Source: an uncultured virus (IMG/VR IMGVR_UViG_3300031774_002347)
Lineage: Duplodnaviria > Heunggongvirae > Uroviricota > Caudoviricetes
Virus record (IMG/VR): IMGVR_UViG_3300031774_002347
DNA: 64,000 bases
Reading direction: 5' to 3' (one strand)
Positions 21,362 through 31,650 of this stretch are shown here, piece after piece. Every line of letters starts with the position of its first letter. Position 1 is the first letter of the stretch. The notes beneath the pieces are model-generated. The model did not search any database. It was given only the letters and a program-made list of their open reading frames with translations, and had not been told where the DNA came from. The position numbers and the translations under genes were made by a program.

Positions 21362-22197
21362 AAGTATATTCCTTTGGTGATAGTTTTACAGCAGGAATAG
21401 GTTGTGATAGAGTATGGGAAGAATCTCAGTTGGGTAATCATCCAAAGTGGGATACTATGACAGATAGTGAAAAATCAATACAGAGAGGTAGTGTTGCTAA
21501 TTTTAGAGAGAATAATTCGTTTACAAAAAAATTTTCAGATAGTATAGGATTTGATTCTAAAAATTTTGGAAAAGGTGGTAATAGTAACTCAAATATAGTT
21601 CAAGATATTGTATCACACTCACACTTATTTAATGATGGGGATGTTATATTAATTGGTTGGTCATCACCACTACGAGATAAAGTAACATTTTGGCCAGAAA
21701 ATCCACTACTTTGGATTTCATCTTCAAAAGATATGAGAAAATACTTTGAAGAGGTTGGAAAAACATTTCAAATAGATATTGGTAATCCTGAATATAAAAA
21801 TAAAAATTATAAAAACGAAATAGAAATAGCAGAATTTTGGAAAGAATTTGGTAAAGATTGGTTTGTAAATGGTTATGATGAAGAATATCATCATTTACAA
21901 AGTAAACAAATTTTATACTTCACTCAAGAGTTTTTAAAATACTTTGGAGTAAAGTATATTTTTTTTAATGCATTTGAACCTATTCTTATTAGAGAAGAAC
22001 CACTTATTGATATGTCAAAATATTGGAAAGGTGGTAACGAATCAATATGGTCTTATACAAAACACGATGAAAATTTATTAGAACCTTTGGGTTATAATTT
22101 GTATAATGGTATTGAGGCTAGACATCCAAGTAGTGCAGGACATACATACTTTGAAAAAAGTTTAACAAAATTTTATAAAGAGGTATATGATGGTTAA
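21358..22197 (+). CDS. SGNH/GDSL-like protein
   Basis: 'FGDSFTAG', 'GGNSN', 'IGWSS', 'RHPS..GH'. Confidence 0.7.
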   Translation: MKVYSFGDSFTAGIGCDRVWEESQLGNHPKWDTMTDSEKSIQRGSVANFRENNSFTKKFSDSIGFDSKNFGKGGNSNSNIVQDIVSHSHLFNDGDVILIGWSSPLRDKVTFWPENPLLWISSSKDMRKYFEEVGKTFQIDIGNPEYKNKNYKNEIEIAEFWKEFGKDWFVNGYDEEYHHLQSKQILYFTQEFLKYFGVKYIFFNAFEPILIREEPLIDMSKYWKGGNESIWSYTKHDENLLEPLGYNLYNGIEARHPSSAGHTYFEKSLTKFYKEVYDG

Positions 22198-22996
22198 GTA
22201 TTGGTTTGAAACATTTAAAAGTTTAAAATCATTTGATATAGTTCCTTATCAAGAAATGGTAGATTTATATTTAAAAAATCAATCATTATTGGATGGGAGT
22301 AAATTTGAAAAACTTGGTGGTAAAAATGAACGACCAATTAATTCAGATGTAGAGAAAGTTGACCACGATGGGTTTTGGTTAGGTTATAATCCAAGATATT
22401 ACAATATAGACCCACTTGGTACAAAAGTAACACAAGCCAAAGCAGATGTTGTATCTATGGATATGACTGGAGTAGGTAAAACTTGGGATGATTTTATTTA
22501 TTTAGAATTACCGAGTTGGTTATTTAACAAATATCAAACTGCAGTACATTCAAATCGTGATATAACTTATTTTAAAAAATTTATGAATGATGTGGATAAA
22601 ACAGATTTATCAAAAGAAAGTGTTTTAAAATTAAAAGATGAGTATGATAACAAATATAAAGACATTGCAAAATATGTTGATTACTTTGGTGATTTCCAAG
22701 ACCCTGCATGGAGATTAGATTTGGATGTTGGTCAATATGTATCAATAAAACAAAATGGATTAATCTATCCTATAATGTTTAATAGTATAAATTATGCATT
22801 TACTCGTGGAACACATCGAGCATTATTTTTAGCTCATACTAATAGTGATGTTCCATTTGTAATGCAATATCCAAAAAGAAGAAAACGATGGCAAATTAAA
22901 TTATCTGAAAACTTTGATGAAAAAAGTGTAATTATGGATGTAGATTTAAATAAAAAATCATTGAAGTTTTATAGGGATAATATAGAATTAAAATGA
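22187..22996 (+). CDS. Protein with ParB/Srx-like domain
   Basis: 'SIKQNGLIYPI...RGTHRA'. Confidence 0.5.
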   Translation: MMVKYWFETFKSLKSFDIVPYQEMVDLYLKNQSLLDGSKFEKLGGKNERPINSDVEKVDHDGFWLGYNPRYYNIDPLGTKVTQAKADVVSMDMTGVGKTWDDFIYLELPSWLFNKYQTAVHSNRDITYFKKFMNDVDKTDLSKESVLKLKDEYDNKYKDIAKYVDYFGDFQDPAWRLDLDVGQYVSIKQNGLIYPIMFNSINYAFTRGTHRALFLAHTNSDVPFVMQYPKRRKRWQIKLSENFDEKSVIMDVDLNKKSLKFYRDNIELK

Positions 22997-23550
22997 GTAC
23001 ACGATTTTTAAAAAAGGATAATGTAATTTTGGTTGGTCTTGCAAAGAATGGTAGTCAAACTATAAAACAAATTGGATTAAACAATGATGGGTTTCAAATT
23101 AAAGAACAAGATAAGAATACAGATAAGTTTATAAATTGGGATGATGATAAATTATTAATTTTAATACCGATGAGAGAACCTATAGAAAGAGGATATAGTG
23201 AGATGTTAGAAGTTGCAATGGTAGTTGGTAAAGAAAATATAGAAAAAAAATTTATACCTAAAATAAATTATTTTCAGAATGATGTTATGAAATTTTTTGT
23301 AGAAAATATTATGCTAGATGAAAAATGGAAAGGTGTTCAAATAAAATTTTTTGATTTAAGTTTATTATCTACGGGTTTACCAAAATACTTAGGTTGGGAT
23401 ATTGAGATACCTTATTATAATACAGCAAATCAAAATCCTAAAAAGGTAAAGTTGATGGAAGAGTTAAAAGGTGTAGAAATAAAACCACAAGAAATAGATA
23501 ATTTATTTTTTAATGGAATTAAAAAAAGTAAATATTGGATAAAATTATGA
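22993..23550 (+). CDS. Sulfotransferase-like protein
   Basis: 'AKNGSQTI' and 'MREPIERGYS' resemble PAPS-binding motifs. Confidence 0.5.
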   Translation: MSTRFLKKDNVILVGLAKNGSQTIKQIGLNNDGFQIKEQDKNTDKFINWDDDKLLILIPMREPIERGYSEMLEVAMVVGKENIEKKFIPKINYFQNDVMKFFVENIMLDEKWKGVQIKFFDLSLLSTGLPKYLGWDIEIPYYNTANQNPKKVKLMEELKGVEIKPQEIDNLFFNGIKKSKYWIKL

Positions 23551-24206
23551 AAACATTAGCAGGAATTATTCACGCAAGAAAAACAAGTACAAGATGTCCT
23601 AATAAACATTTACGACCATTGGGTGATACAACATTGATTGATATTGCATTAGAAAATCTAAGTAAGTTAGATGTTGATGAAAAGTATTTAGCAGTTTATG
23701 ACCAAGAATTAAAAGATAAAGTTATCGATGGGGTACAAATACTACATAGAGATTATGATTCAGTTGCACCAGGTAATTGTCATCATTCGGTAATGTATAA
23801 ACATTTAGAAAATGTAGAATCAGAGTTTATAGTAAACTATAATCCGTGTCAACCATTTTTACAAGTTGATAAATTAAATCATTGTATAAGAGTTTTTAAA
23901 CAAAGTAGAATGAAGAGTATGATTACAGTCCAAAAAGAAAGAAACTTCTTTTGGGATAAAACTCGTAATCCAATAAACTTTAAACCTAATGATAGATTAT
24001 CTACAACTGCAGGACCGTGGGTTTATTCCGCTACACACTCTTTAGTATTTTATGAAAAAAATTATATGTTATCTGAATGGGAATTATTTCCAAACACAAA
24101 AGATAATCCATTTCCACTTATAACAGATTGGAGTGAAAAAGAATTGTTAGATGTAGATACAGAAACAGATTTTCAAATAGTTCGAGGATACTATGAACAA
24201 TCTTAA
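23547..24206 (+). CDS. Acylneuraminate cytidylyltransferase-like (NeuA/CMAS family)
   Basis: 'IIHARKTSTRCPNKHLRPLG', 'PCQPF', 'LDVDTETDF'. Confidence 0.8.
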   Translation: MKTLAGIIHARKTSTRCPNKHLRPLGDTTLIDIALENLSKLDVDEKYLAVYDQELKDKVIDGVQILHRDYDSVAPGNCHHSVMYKHLENVESEFIVNYNPCQPFLQVDKLNHCIRVFKQSRMKSMITVQKERNFFWDKTRNPINFKPNDRLSTTAGPWVYSATHSLVFYEKNYMLSEWELFPNTKDNPFPLITDWSEKELLDVDTETDFQIVRGYYEQS

Positions 24207-25008
24207 ATTTGAACATTATAAAAAATTTAAATCTTTTGATGAAATTAAATTTACTGATTTATTAAAATTAGTACATAAATCAAAGGATATATTACTAAGC
24301 GAGGGATGGGAATTAGGACACGAAAATCAAGTTCTTGATGTGATAGATAAAGGGGATAAATACCAATTTACTAAGATACAATTTACATATCCCAAATCAA
24401 GAAACTCAGAGGAGAAATTAAACATAACACTTGATATACAACATAAAACTATGTTTAAAGATGCTTACCATAATGGAACATATGCGTTTATTGAAATACC
24501 AAATGAACTTTTAAAAAAATATGTAACTCAATTTAATCACAATACAGATACTACAATTTTAAATAAATTTTTAGATGAAGTTGATTGGGATGGTGATTGG
24601 TTGGGGTTACGAGATGAGTATGATAAACGATATCCAAAAAAACACAAAACAAATAAACCAGAAGAGTTTTCTTGGAGAGCAAATTTTAGTGTAGAGTGGT
24701 TTTTAAGTATCAAAAACGATGGTTTAATAACACCATTATTTAAGTTACAAGAAAATAGCGATATCTTTAATAGAGGTTCACATAGAGCTTGGATGCTTAG
24801 TAAATTAGGATACGGATTTCCAATTTTTTTTCCAAGATTTAAGGATAAACTAACATTGAAAATGTGTACATCTTGGTATAAGTGGGGTAGTGATGCATTC
24901 TTAAATCATCCATCCACAAACTATTATCTTGAAATAGATTATATTAATAAAGAATTAAATGTTTACGATGAGGATAAAGAAATATTAGACACTTATAAAT
25001 GTGATTGA
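24193..25008 (+). CDS. Protein with ParB/Srx-like domain
   Basis: 'SIKNDGLITPL...NRGSHRA'; paralog of 22187. Confidence 0.5.
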   Translation: MNNLKFEHYKKFKSFDEIKFTDLLKLVHKSKDILLSEGWELGHENQVLDVIDKGDKYQFTKIQFTYPKSRNSEEKLNITLDIQHKTMFKDAYHNGTYAFIEIPNELLKKYVTQFNHNTDTTILNKFLDEVDWDGDWLGLRDEYDKRYPKKHKTNKPEEFSWRANFSVEWFLSIKNDGLITPLFKLQENSDIFNRGSHRAWMLSKLGYGFPIFFPRFKDKLTLKMCTSWYKWGSDAFLNHPSTNYYLEIDYINKELNVYDEDKEILDTYKCD

Positions 25009-25017
25009 TATTTATTA
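25007..25017 (+). promoter_or_regulatory. Recurrent motif GATATTTATTA (putative late promoter)
   Basis: Lies immediately upstream of ATG 25021. Confidence 0.55.
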
Positions 25018-25020
25018 TTA

Positions 25021-25332
25021 ATGAAATATGTTATAGATATAGATGGCACGATTTGTGAAGAAGTTGGCTCGGTTATTGGAAGAACACCTTACACGCATAG
25101 AATCAAGCAAATAAATAAATTATATGATGAAGGTCATACGATTGTATTTTTTACTGCAAGAGGATTAAAAAGTGGTAGAGGTGAGAAACATTACCGACCA
25201 ATCACAGAACAACAATTAAAAGAGTGGGGAGTGAAGTATCACGAATTGTGGTTTAAAGCACACGATGCAACACACTACATAGATGATAAGGCATTAAGAC
25301 CAGAGGAGTTTTTTGATGAAGCAGAACTTTAA
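25021..25332 (+). CDS. Small HAD phosphatase (capsule-biosynthesis phosphatase-like)
   Basis: 'IDIDGTIC', 'FTARG', 'K', 'YIDDKA'. Confidence 0.8.
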   Translation: MKYVIDIDGTICEEVGSVIGRTPYTHRIKQINKLYDEGHTIVFFTARGLKSGRGEKHYRPITEQQLKEWGVKYHELWFKAHDATHYIDDKALRPEEFFDEAEL

Positions 25333-26041
25333 TATTGTAGTACCTATGGCAGGACGAGGTTCAAGATTTACTGAAAATGGTTATACAGATTCAAAACCAT
25401 TTATAGATGTAAATGGAAAACCAATGATACAAAGAGTAATTGAAAATCTTAATATAGAGTTTGATGACAAGTATGAGTTTGTAATAATTTGTTTAAGGGA
25501 AGATTATGATAAGTATGATTTTAGTATCTTTAATGATATCATTGGACACGATAATTGGGATGTGATTTGTTTATCTGATGTTACAGAGGGTGCTGCACAA
25601 ACTATGTTAAAAGCAAAACCATACATCAATAATGATACACCAATGTTAAGTTTCAATACAGACCAAATGATAGATTATGATATAGATACTTGGAATCACT
25701 TTTCACAATACGATGGTGGTATTCCTTGTTTTTGGGGGGATAGTGAGGATTGGAGTTATGCAAAATGTGGTGATGATGGATTTGTAACAGAAGTAGCAGA
25801 AAAGAAAGTTATATCAAATGATGCAACTGCAGGATATTATTATTGGAGTGAGGGTAGTGATTTCGTAAAGTATGCAGAACAAATGATTGAAGAGAATAGT
25901 AGAACCAATGGAGAGTTCTATGTAGCACCAGTTTACAATTGGGCAATAAAAGATGGTAAAAAAATAGCAATATCACAAGTAGATAAAGTATATGAATTAG
26001 GAACACCAGAGTATTTGGAGAATTACCTTAGTGATAAATAA
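25316..26041 (+). CDS. Sugar-phosphate nucleotidyltransferase-like protein (paralog of the C-terminal half of 11945)
   Basis: 'VPMAGRGSRF', 'KPFIDVNGKPMI', 'TEGAA', 'NGEFYVAPVYN', 'GTPE'. Confidence 0.8.
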   Translation: MKQNFNIVVPMAGRGSRFTENGYTDSKPFIDVNGKPMIQRVIENLNIEFDDKYEFVIICLREDYDKYDFSIFNDIIGHDNWDVICLSDVTEGAAQTMLKAKPYINNDTPMLSFNTDQMIDYDIDTWNHFSQYDGGIPCFWGDSEDWSYAKCGDDGFVTEVAEKKVISNDATAGYYYWSEGSDFVKYAEQMIEENSRTNGEFYVAPVYNWAIKDGKKIAISQVDKVYELGTPEYLENYLSDK

Positions 26042-26687
26042 AAAAAGAATTGCAATATGTTTATTTGGTCAAACACGAACATATCAAGTTATAAACGAAT
26101 TATATAAAAACTTAAATGAAAATCCACATTTAGAAATAGATTTTTTTGTTTCTACTTGGGATGATTTTGAAGATAAGAAACCATTTGATTTTTTCACTAC
26201 TTCAGAATTTCTTGACCCCAATATTATAGATTTTAGAGATAATACTGATAGGGCATCATATACTATTCACAGAGTAAATTTACTAAAAACTATACACGAA
26301 GTCAATAATAATTTTATTTATGATTATGTAATGTGGACAAGGGGTGAGATACATTTTGAAAAAAAATATTTGTTACCATTTTTAAATAAAAAAGCTAATG
26401 AGAGTAAGGATTATGAAATAAATACACATAGCGAAATTATTGATGAGGCAGATGGGTTTCCATACTTACCTGCAGATTATTTTTTTATGGGAACTTCATT
26501 ATCATTTGATTTATATGCTACTGGTTGGAAATCTTATTATAAACGAAATGATAAACCGATGGATATTGGTAGACACGGCGGACACAATTTTCATGCATAT
26601 GTAATAGATACATTACCATTTGAGTTAGTTGTAGAAAAATTACCACATAGATTTCAATTTAGTAAATTACATAAACGAGAAGTATAG
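26031..26687 (+). CDS. Putative glycosyltransferase (same family as 17683)
   Basis: 'IAICLFGQTR', 'FVSTW', 'YDYVMWTR'. Confidence 0.55.
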   Translation: MINKKRIAICLFGQTRTYQVINELYKNLNENPHLEIDFFVSTWDDFEDKKPFDFFTTSEFLDPNIIDFRDNTDRASYTIHRVNLLKTIHEVNNNFIYDYVMWTRGEIHFEKKYLLPFLNKKANESKDYEINTHSEIIDEADGFPYLPADYFFMGTSLSFDLYATGWKSYYKRNDKPMDIGRHGGHNFHAYVIDTLPFELVVEKLPHRFQFSKLHKREV

Positions 26688-26688
26688 A

Positions 26689-27621
26689 GTGAACCAAATA
26701 ACATATGCATATTTAGAAACTACAAACTATTGTAATTTAGCTTGTAGTTTTTGTAATCGAGAGGAAGTAATTGGCCCACTAAAACATATGAGTTTAGAAA
26801 ATTGGGGTAAGTTACTTGATGGTATAAAACATCATCCTATTGAAGAAGCAAAACTTATGGGAATGGGAGAACCAATGTTACATCCACAATTTGATGAAGT
26901 GTGTAGGATGTTCAAAGAAATATTTCCAAATGCAAAACTTATTGTTGCATCAAATTGTCAGTATAATATCAGAGAGGGATTAGAGTTTAGGAGAAAATAT
27001 CAAGAGTGTATGAAGTATATTGATATGTTGTACTTTTCTATTGATGGTTGGGGTGAAAGTTATGAACGAGATAGAGCACCAGCAAAATGGAATAAGTTAA
27101 TAAAGTTTTTAAAAGATTTTGAAACAATCAATCGTTATGATTGTGATGTAGTTGTTAATTATGTTGTAAACGCATATAATATAAATGATATTGAAAAGGT
27201 AGATAACCTTAGAAAAGAAAATAACTTAGGAATGTTAAGATTAAACATAGCACAAATATGGGATGAAGATGCAAGTATCACTTCCGATGTTGCAACATCA
27301 GGTTATACAAAACACCAATTAGATTATTTAAAAAAAAATTGGGGTGGTAGTATAATGGGTAAATCTAAATGGGATTTTCAAGATTGTTTTTGGGTAAAAA
27401 ATGGGTTATACACAACAGTCGAGGGACATGTCAAAATGTGTTGTTTAAATACTGGTGCAGAACCATTTGGTAATTTATTCACAAACTCGATAGATGAGAT
27501 TCGAGAGATGGAAGATTATCAAAATGTTAAACAAGGTTGTGAAACAAACAATCCTACATCACATTGTAAAAATTGTTCATATAAAGAACTATCACCAATG
27601 TTAAAATACTTGGGGGTGTAA
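26689..27621 (+). CDS. Radical SAM/SPASM protein
   Basis: CNLACSFC, 'GMGEPMLHP', C-terminal 'CFW...GHVKMCC...FGN...C..C'. Confidence 0.85.
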   Translation: MNQITYAYLETTNYCNLACSFCNREEVIGPLKHMSLENWGKLLDGIKHHPIEEAKLMGMGEPMLHPQFDEVCRMFKEIFPNAKLIVASNCQYNIREGLEFRRKYQECMKYIDMLYFSIDGWGESYERDRAPAKWNKLIKFLKDFETINRYDCDVVVNYVVNAYNINDIEKVDNLRKENNLGMLRLNIAQIWDEDASITSDVATSGYTKHQLDYLKKNWGGSIMGKSKWDFQDCFWVKNGLYTTVEGHVKMCCLNTGAEPFGNLFTNSIDEIREMEDYQNVKQGCETNNPTSHCKNCSYKELSPMLKYLGV

Positions 27622-28559
27622 TGAAAAAGATATTGATAGGAGTAGGTTGTTCACATACACAAGGTTCTGCGTTTGTAAAACACCACGAATCAATGAGAAA
27701 ATCTTCACCACGAGATATAGAGTTTGCAAGTAAAGAACTTGAAGAACTATATAAAGATGCACCAAAACTCAGTACAGATTGGATTACAAATAATCTTACT
27801 TGGGTTGGTAAGTTAAATAAGTATTTAAAATATGATGAGGTTTTAAATTTTGGTACGGGTGGATGTGGTATAGCACATAATATCAGAAGTATAAAAAATT
27901 ATATATATAATCAAAAAGATTTATCTAATCATTTGATAATCCATCAATTACCAGCATTTGATAGAGTAGAGGTTAATTTTACCTTTGAAGATGTAGATGG
28001 TAATAATATAAAAAAAGTTACTAATTTAAAAGAAGCAGTATTTTATATTTTAGATAAAGATAATCCAGGTAATAAGGGGTCATTAAAATATTCATTTGGG
28101 GATAAAACAATAGAGGATGTAAAAAACTTTTTCAATACATTTTATGATAAAGATTATTGTGATTTAAATTTTATATATGAACTTTATTGGTTACAAGAAT
28201 TAATAGAGGCAAAGGGTGGTACATATAGAGTTTGGTCTTGGTTAGAGTGTACTACAGAAAGAGCATGGCCAAGAGTTAATCTTACAGAATTAAATGATTA
28301 TGCAAAAATAATGGATTCAGAATATCATAAATCTGATGAGAACCTACATAGTTTACCAAACATTGTAGATATGCTGTATAAAATAAATTTTATTAAATTA
28401 GATGAAATGAATCTTACAGGTCTTAGATTGGCAGACCTCGGGTTAGTAAAAGAAGATTATCATCTTGGTGAAGAGGCTAACAATATGTTAGCAAAAAATA
28501 TTTATAACAATTTAAAACGATATGATTTACAAGAGGAATATGAAAAAACACTTAAATAA
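27621..28559 (+). CDS. SGNH/GDSL-like protein
   Basis: 'GCSHTQG', 'NFGTGG', 'DYHLG..AN'. Confidence 0.6.
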   Translation: MKKILIGVGCSHTQGSAFVKHHESMRKSSPRDIEFASKELEELYKDAPKLSTDWITNNLTWVGKLNKYLKYDEVLNFGTGGCGIAHNIRSIKNYIYNQKDLSNHLIIHQLPAFDRVEVNFTFEDVDGNNIKKVTNLKEAVFYILDKDNPGNKGSLKYSFGDKTIEDVKNFFNTFYDKDYCDLNFIYELYWLQELIEAKGGTYRVWSWLECTTERAWPRVNLTELNDYAKIMDSEYHKSDENLHSLPNIVDMLYKINFIKLDEMNLTGLRLADLGLVKEDYHLGEEANNMLAKNIYNNLKRYDLQEEYEKTLK

Positions 28560-29577
28560 AATAGTTAGAAAATTTGATACTACTGATAAATCACGATATA
28601 ATTATATATTAAATCAAAGTGAAAGAAGTACACATTTACAATTTATAGATTGGAAGAGATTTTTGAAAACAATAAATCAAGAAGATTTTTTTTATTATCC
28701 AAATACTTCTACATTTAAAGAAAAAATTTCAAATCATAAATACTTTAATGTAAATGAAGATGAAATATTTTTATGTGCAGGTTCGGATGTGGGAATCAAA
28801 TCAATATTTGAAACATTTACTGATGGTGGAAGAGTAGTAACTACAGAACCATCATTTCCAATGTTTAAAGTTTATTCGGAATTATATCAATGCGAGTATT
28901 TTGGTATTCCATATGAAAAGGATTATACAATATCCGTAGAAAAAATATTATCAAATATAACCAATGATACAGATTTAATTATATTGGCAAATCCAAATAG
29001 TCCTATGGGTGAGTATAAATCATTTGATGAAATAATTCCTATTTTAGAACAAGGTGTACCAGTATTAATAGATGAAGCATATGTAGAGTTTACTCACGAA
29101 GAAAGTTTTATACAATATATAAATGAATATCCAAATCTAATAGTAACAAGAACATTTTCAAAAGGTTATGCAGCTGCAGGATGTAGGGTTGGGTTGGTAA
29201 TTTCTAATAAGAAAAATATTGAAATGATTAGTAAATTTAGACAAATGTATGAGATTGCTGGAGTTTCAATGAAATATTGTGAGTTCTTTTTAGATAATCA
29301 CGGAATCATAGAAGATTATTGGAAAGATGTTGTAGATGAAAAAAGTAGATTATTATATCAATTACGAGGATTAGAAATAATAGATACACGAACTAATTGG
29401 ATACATTTTAATACAGATGATGATAATAAAAAAACAAGAGAGATATTTGCTAAGCATAAGGTTCTGGTAAAGTGGGGTACAATTCCACACGATAATAGAA
29501 AACACTGGTGTAGAATGACAATTCAACCTGGTATTGGTAATGAACCATTTATTCAAGAGTTGATAGATGCGTATTAA
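28540..29577 (+). CDS. PLP-dependent aminotransferase class I/II (HisC/CobD-like)
   Basis: 'AGSD', 'ANPNSPMG', 'IDEAY', 'RTFSKGYAAAGCRVG'. Confidence 0.85.
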   Translation: MKKHLNKIVRKFDTTDKSRYNYILNQSERSTHLQFIDWKRFLKTINQEDFFYYPNTSTFKEKISNHKYFNVNEDEIFLCAGSDVGIKSIFETFTDGGRVVTTEPSFPMFKVYSELYQCEYFGIPYEKDYTISVEKILSNITNDTDLIILANPNSPMGEYKSFDEIIPILEQGVPVLIDEAYVEFTHEESFIQYINEYPNLIVTRTFSKGYAAAGCRVGLVISNKKNIEMISKFRQMYEIAGVSMKYCEFFLDNHGIIEDYWKDVVDEKSRLLYQLRGLEIIDTRTNWIHFNTDDDNKKTREIFAKHKVLVKWGTIPHDNRKHWCRMTIQPGIGNEPFIQELIDAY

Positions 29578-30832
29578 TAAAGAAAATAGAGAATTTATTG
29601 AAGAAATACTTACACGGCAGCGATTCTTTTTTACTGATGAGTTACCTTGGCAGTGGTTTAATTATGAAAATGGTAAATGGTATAAGGATAGGAGTATTCA
29701 TACACGATGTGAATATTTATTTACAGAACACGGATTTTTTGCTGAAACACTAAAAGAACAAGATTATAATTATATACATCGAGTACAAAAAAATCCTAAA
29801 GATGAAAATTGGCAACATCGACAACTAAAATATATAGCAGAAGAATTTATTAATGGTAAAGGTGTTTTTAATAATCCGTTACACATTTCAATAGCCAAAA
29901 GAAAAACACAATCTCGTCAAGAAAAAACATATCCATTTCCACACAATGAATATAGAATAATATGTCATCCAGGTCATACAAGATTTAGAACAAGTGTGTT
30001 TTTACAACAGAATCCACAGAAAGTAATAATAACGATGAGGCGTGATGGATTTAATGATAAAATAGTAGATGGGATGAGAGAGTTAAAAACACCAGATGAT
30101 TTTTTAAACTTGTGGAAACCATTACCTTTAGGTTTTGACAATGAATCAACAGAAAATCATTATTTAGAACGAGCAAATGCAGAATTTATATTTAAGGGAC
30201 AATTAAAATATGATGCACGAGGTATGAAGAATGGAACAAAATACCACGAAGAAAATGAATGTAATGTTTTAAAACTTTGGAAGTTAAGAGATTCGGTAAA
30301 TAATGATAAAGACCTTAATCACACAACAGATTATATAAAAGAAGTATTTAAAAGACCAACGGATGTATCAAAAATTATATTAGAAAAAACTTTAACAATC
30401 TATACCAATAGTGATAAAGATGTTGAATCTATACTTAAACAAAATCGTAAAAATCTTGTTGAAAGTGCAAATATAATTAGAAGTAAAAAAGTAGTAACTG
30501 CTATAGAAAGAAATTTGAATTGGATACATTTGATAAATGAATTTAACTTTGTAGTAAAGCATGTTCCAAAAAAACCAAAAAATATTTCTCAGTATAATGG
30601 TAATAAAGGATTTGCAATATGGATTGATAATGATAGGGTTAATGATATTACAAGAGAAATATATGAATTTTTATATTATACTCGATGGGATGTTAAATTA
30701 GCAGAAACAGAAGATGGTAAGATATCCGTTGTAAATTGTTCTACTTCTAAAACTAAAAAGTGGATTATAAGTGAAAATTTTTTAGATGTAAAACCAATTG
30801 ACTTAAAAAAAATAGCGAGGTATCAAAATTGA
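29567..30832 (+). CDS. Hypothetical protein, possible divergent ParB/Srx-like domain
   Basis: 'G..NNPLHI...ICHPGHTR' is a weak match. Confidence 0.4.
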   Translation: MRINKENREFIEEILTRQRFFFTDELPWQWFNYENGKWYKDRSIHTRCEYLFTEHGFFAETLKEQDYNYIHRVQKNPKDENWQHRQLKYIAEEFINGKGVFNNPLHISIAKRKTQSRQEKTYPFPHNEYRIICHPGHTRFRTSVFLQQNPQKVIITMRRDGFNDKIVDGMRELKTPDDFLNLWKPLPLGFDNESTENHYLERANAEFIFKGQLKYDARGMKNGTKYHEENECNVLKLWKLRDSVNNDKDLNHTTDYIKEVFKRPTDVSKIILEKTLTIYTNSDKDVESILKQNRKNLVESANIIRSKKVVTAIERNLNWIHLINEFNFVVKHVPKKPKNISQYNGNKGFAIWIDNDRVNDITREIYEFLYYTRWDVKLAETEDGKISVVNCSTSKTKKWIISENFLDVKPIDLKKIARYQN

Positions 30833-31650
30833 AGAATATATTATTTATTACACCAATAAATCATTTAAGAAGTTTTTATAGTGAAGTTTTTAAAAGGTTT
30901 AAATTTTTAGAATTAATGAATCCTACATATGAAGATGTAAAAACACATATAAGAAATTTTGATATATTATTCTGTGCACCAAACTACCAAAAATTTATTG
31001 TTGATGAGGAGTTAATCAAGGATTCAAATATAGAATGTATTGTTTCACCATCTACAGGTTTAAATCATATTGATGTTGATTCAGTACCAATCATATCTAT
31101 TAAGAATGATAAGATTCTTGAATCAATATGGTCTACAGCAGAACATACTTTGTATTTAATTTTATCAATAGTTAGACATACAACACCATCTATAGAATTA
31201 CAAGATAAAACTTTGGGTATTATCGGTGATGGTAGATTAGGTAAGATGGTTGAGTATTTGTGTCAAAATATATTTAAAAAAGTTATTGTAGTTGATAAGG
31301 ATTATGGTGATAAGGAAAAATTATTTTTTGAATCGGATATTGTATCCTTGCATGTTGATTTAAATCCATCTACATATCAAATGATAAATAAAAAATATAT
31401 GCAACAATTTAGAAAAAGTATTTATTTAGTAAATACATCTCGTGGTGAGTTAGTAAATGAGGAAGATATAAATGAACTTTTATTAAAGGATAGAATAAGT
31501 GGTTATGCTACAGATGTTTTACAAACAGAATATGTAGAGGAGAAGTCTATATTAGAATCAAATCATAAAGTATTGATAACACCACACATAGCAGGAACAT
31601 CAATAGAAGCACAAGAAAAAGCATATAATAGAGTATTGGAAAAAATATGA
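30829..31650 (+). CDS. D-isomer-specific 2-hydroxyacid dehydrogenase-like protein
   Basis: 'TGLNHID', 'TAEH', 'GIIGDGRLG', 'VNTSRG', 'ITPHIAG'. Confidence 0.85.
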   Translation: MKNILFITPINHLRSFYSEVFKRFKFLELMNPTYEDVKTHIRNFDILFCAPNYQKFIVDEELIKDSNIECIVSPSTGLNHIDVDSVPIISIKNDKILESIWSTAEHTLYLILSIVRHTTPSIELQDKTLGIIGDGRLGKMVEYLCQNIFKKVIVVDKDYGDKEKLFFESDIVSLHVDLNPSTYQMINKKYMQQFRKSIYLVNTSRGELVNEEDINELLLKDRISGYATDVLQTEYVEEKSILESNHKVLITPHIAGTSIEAQEKAYNRVLEKI

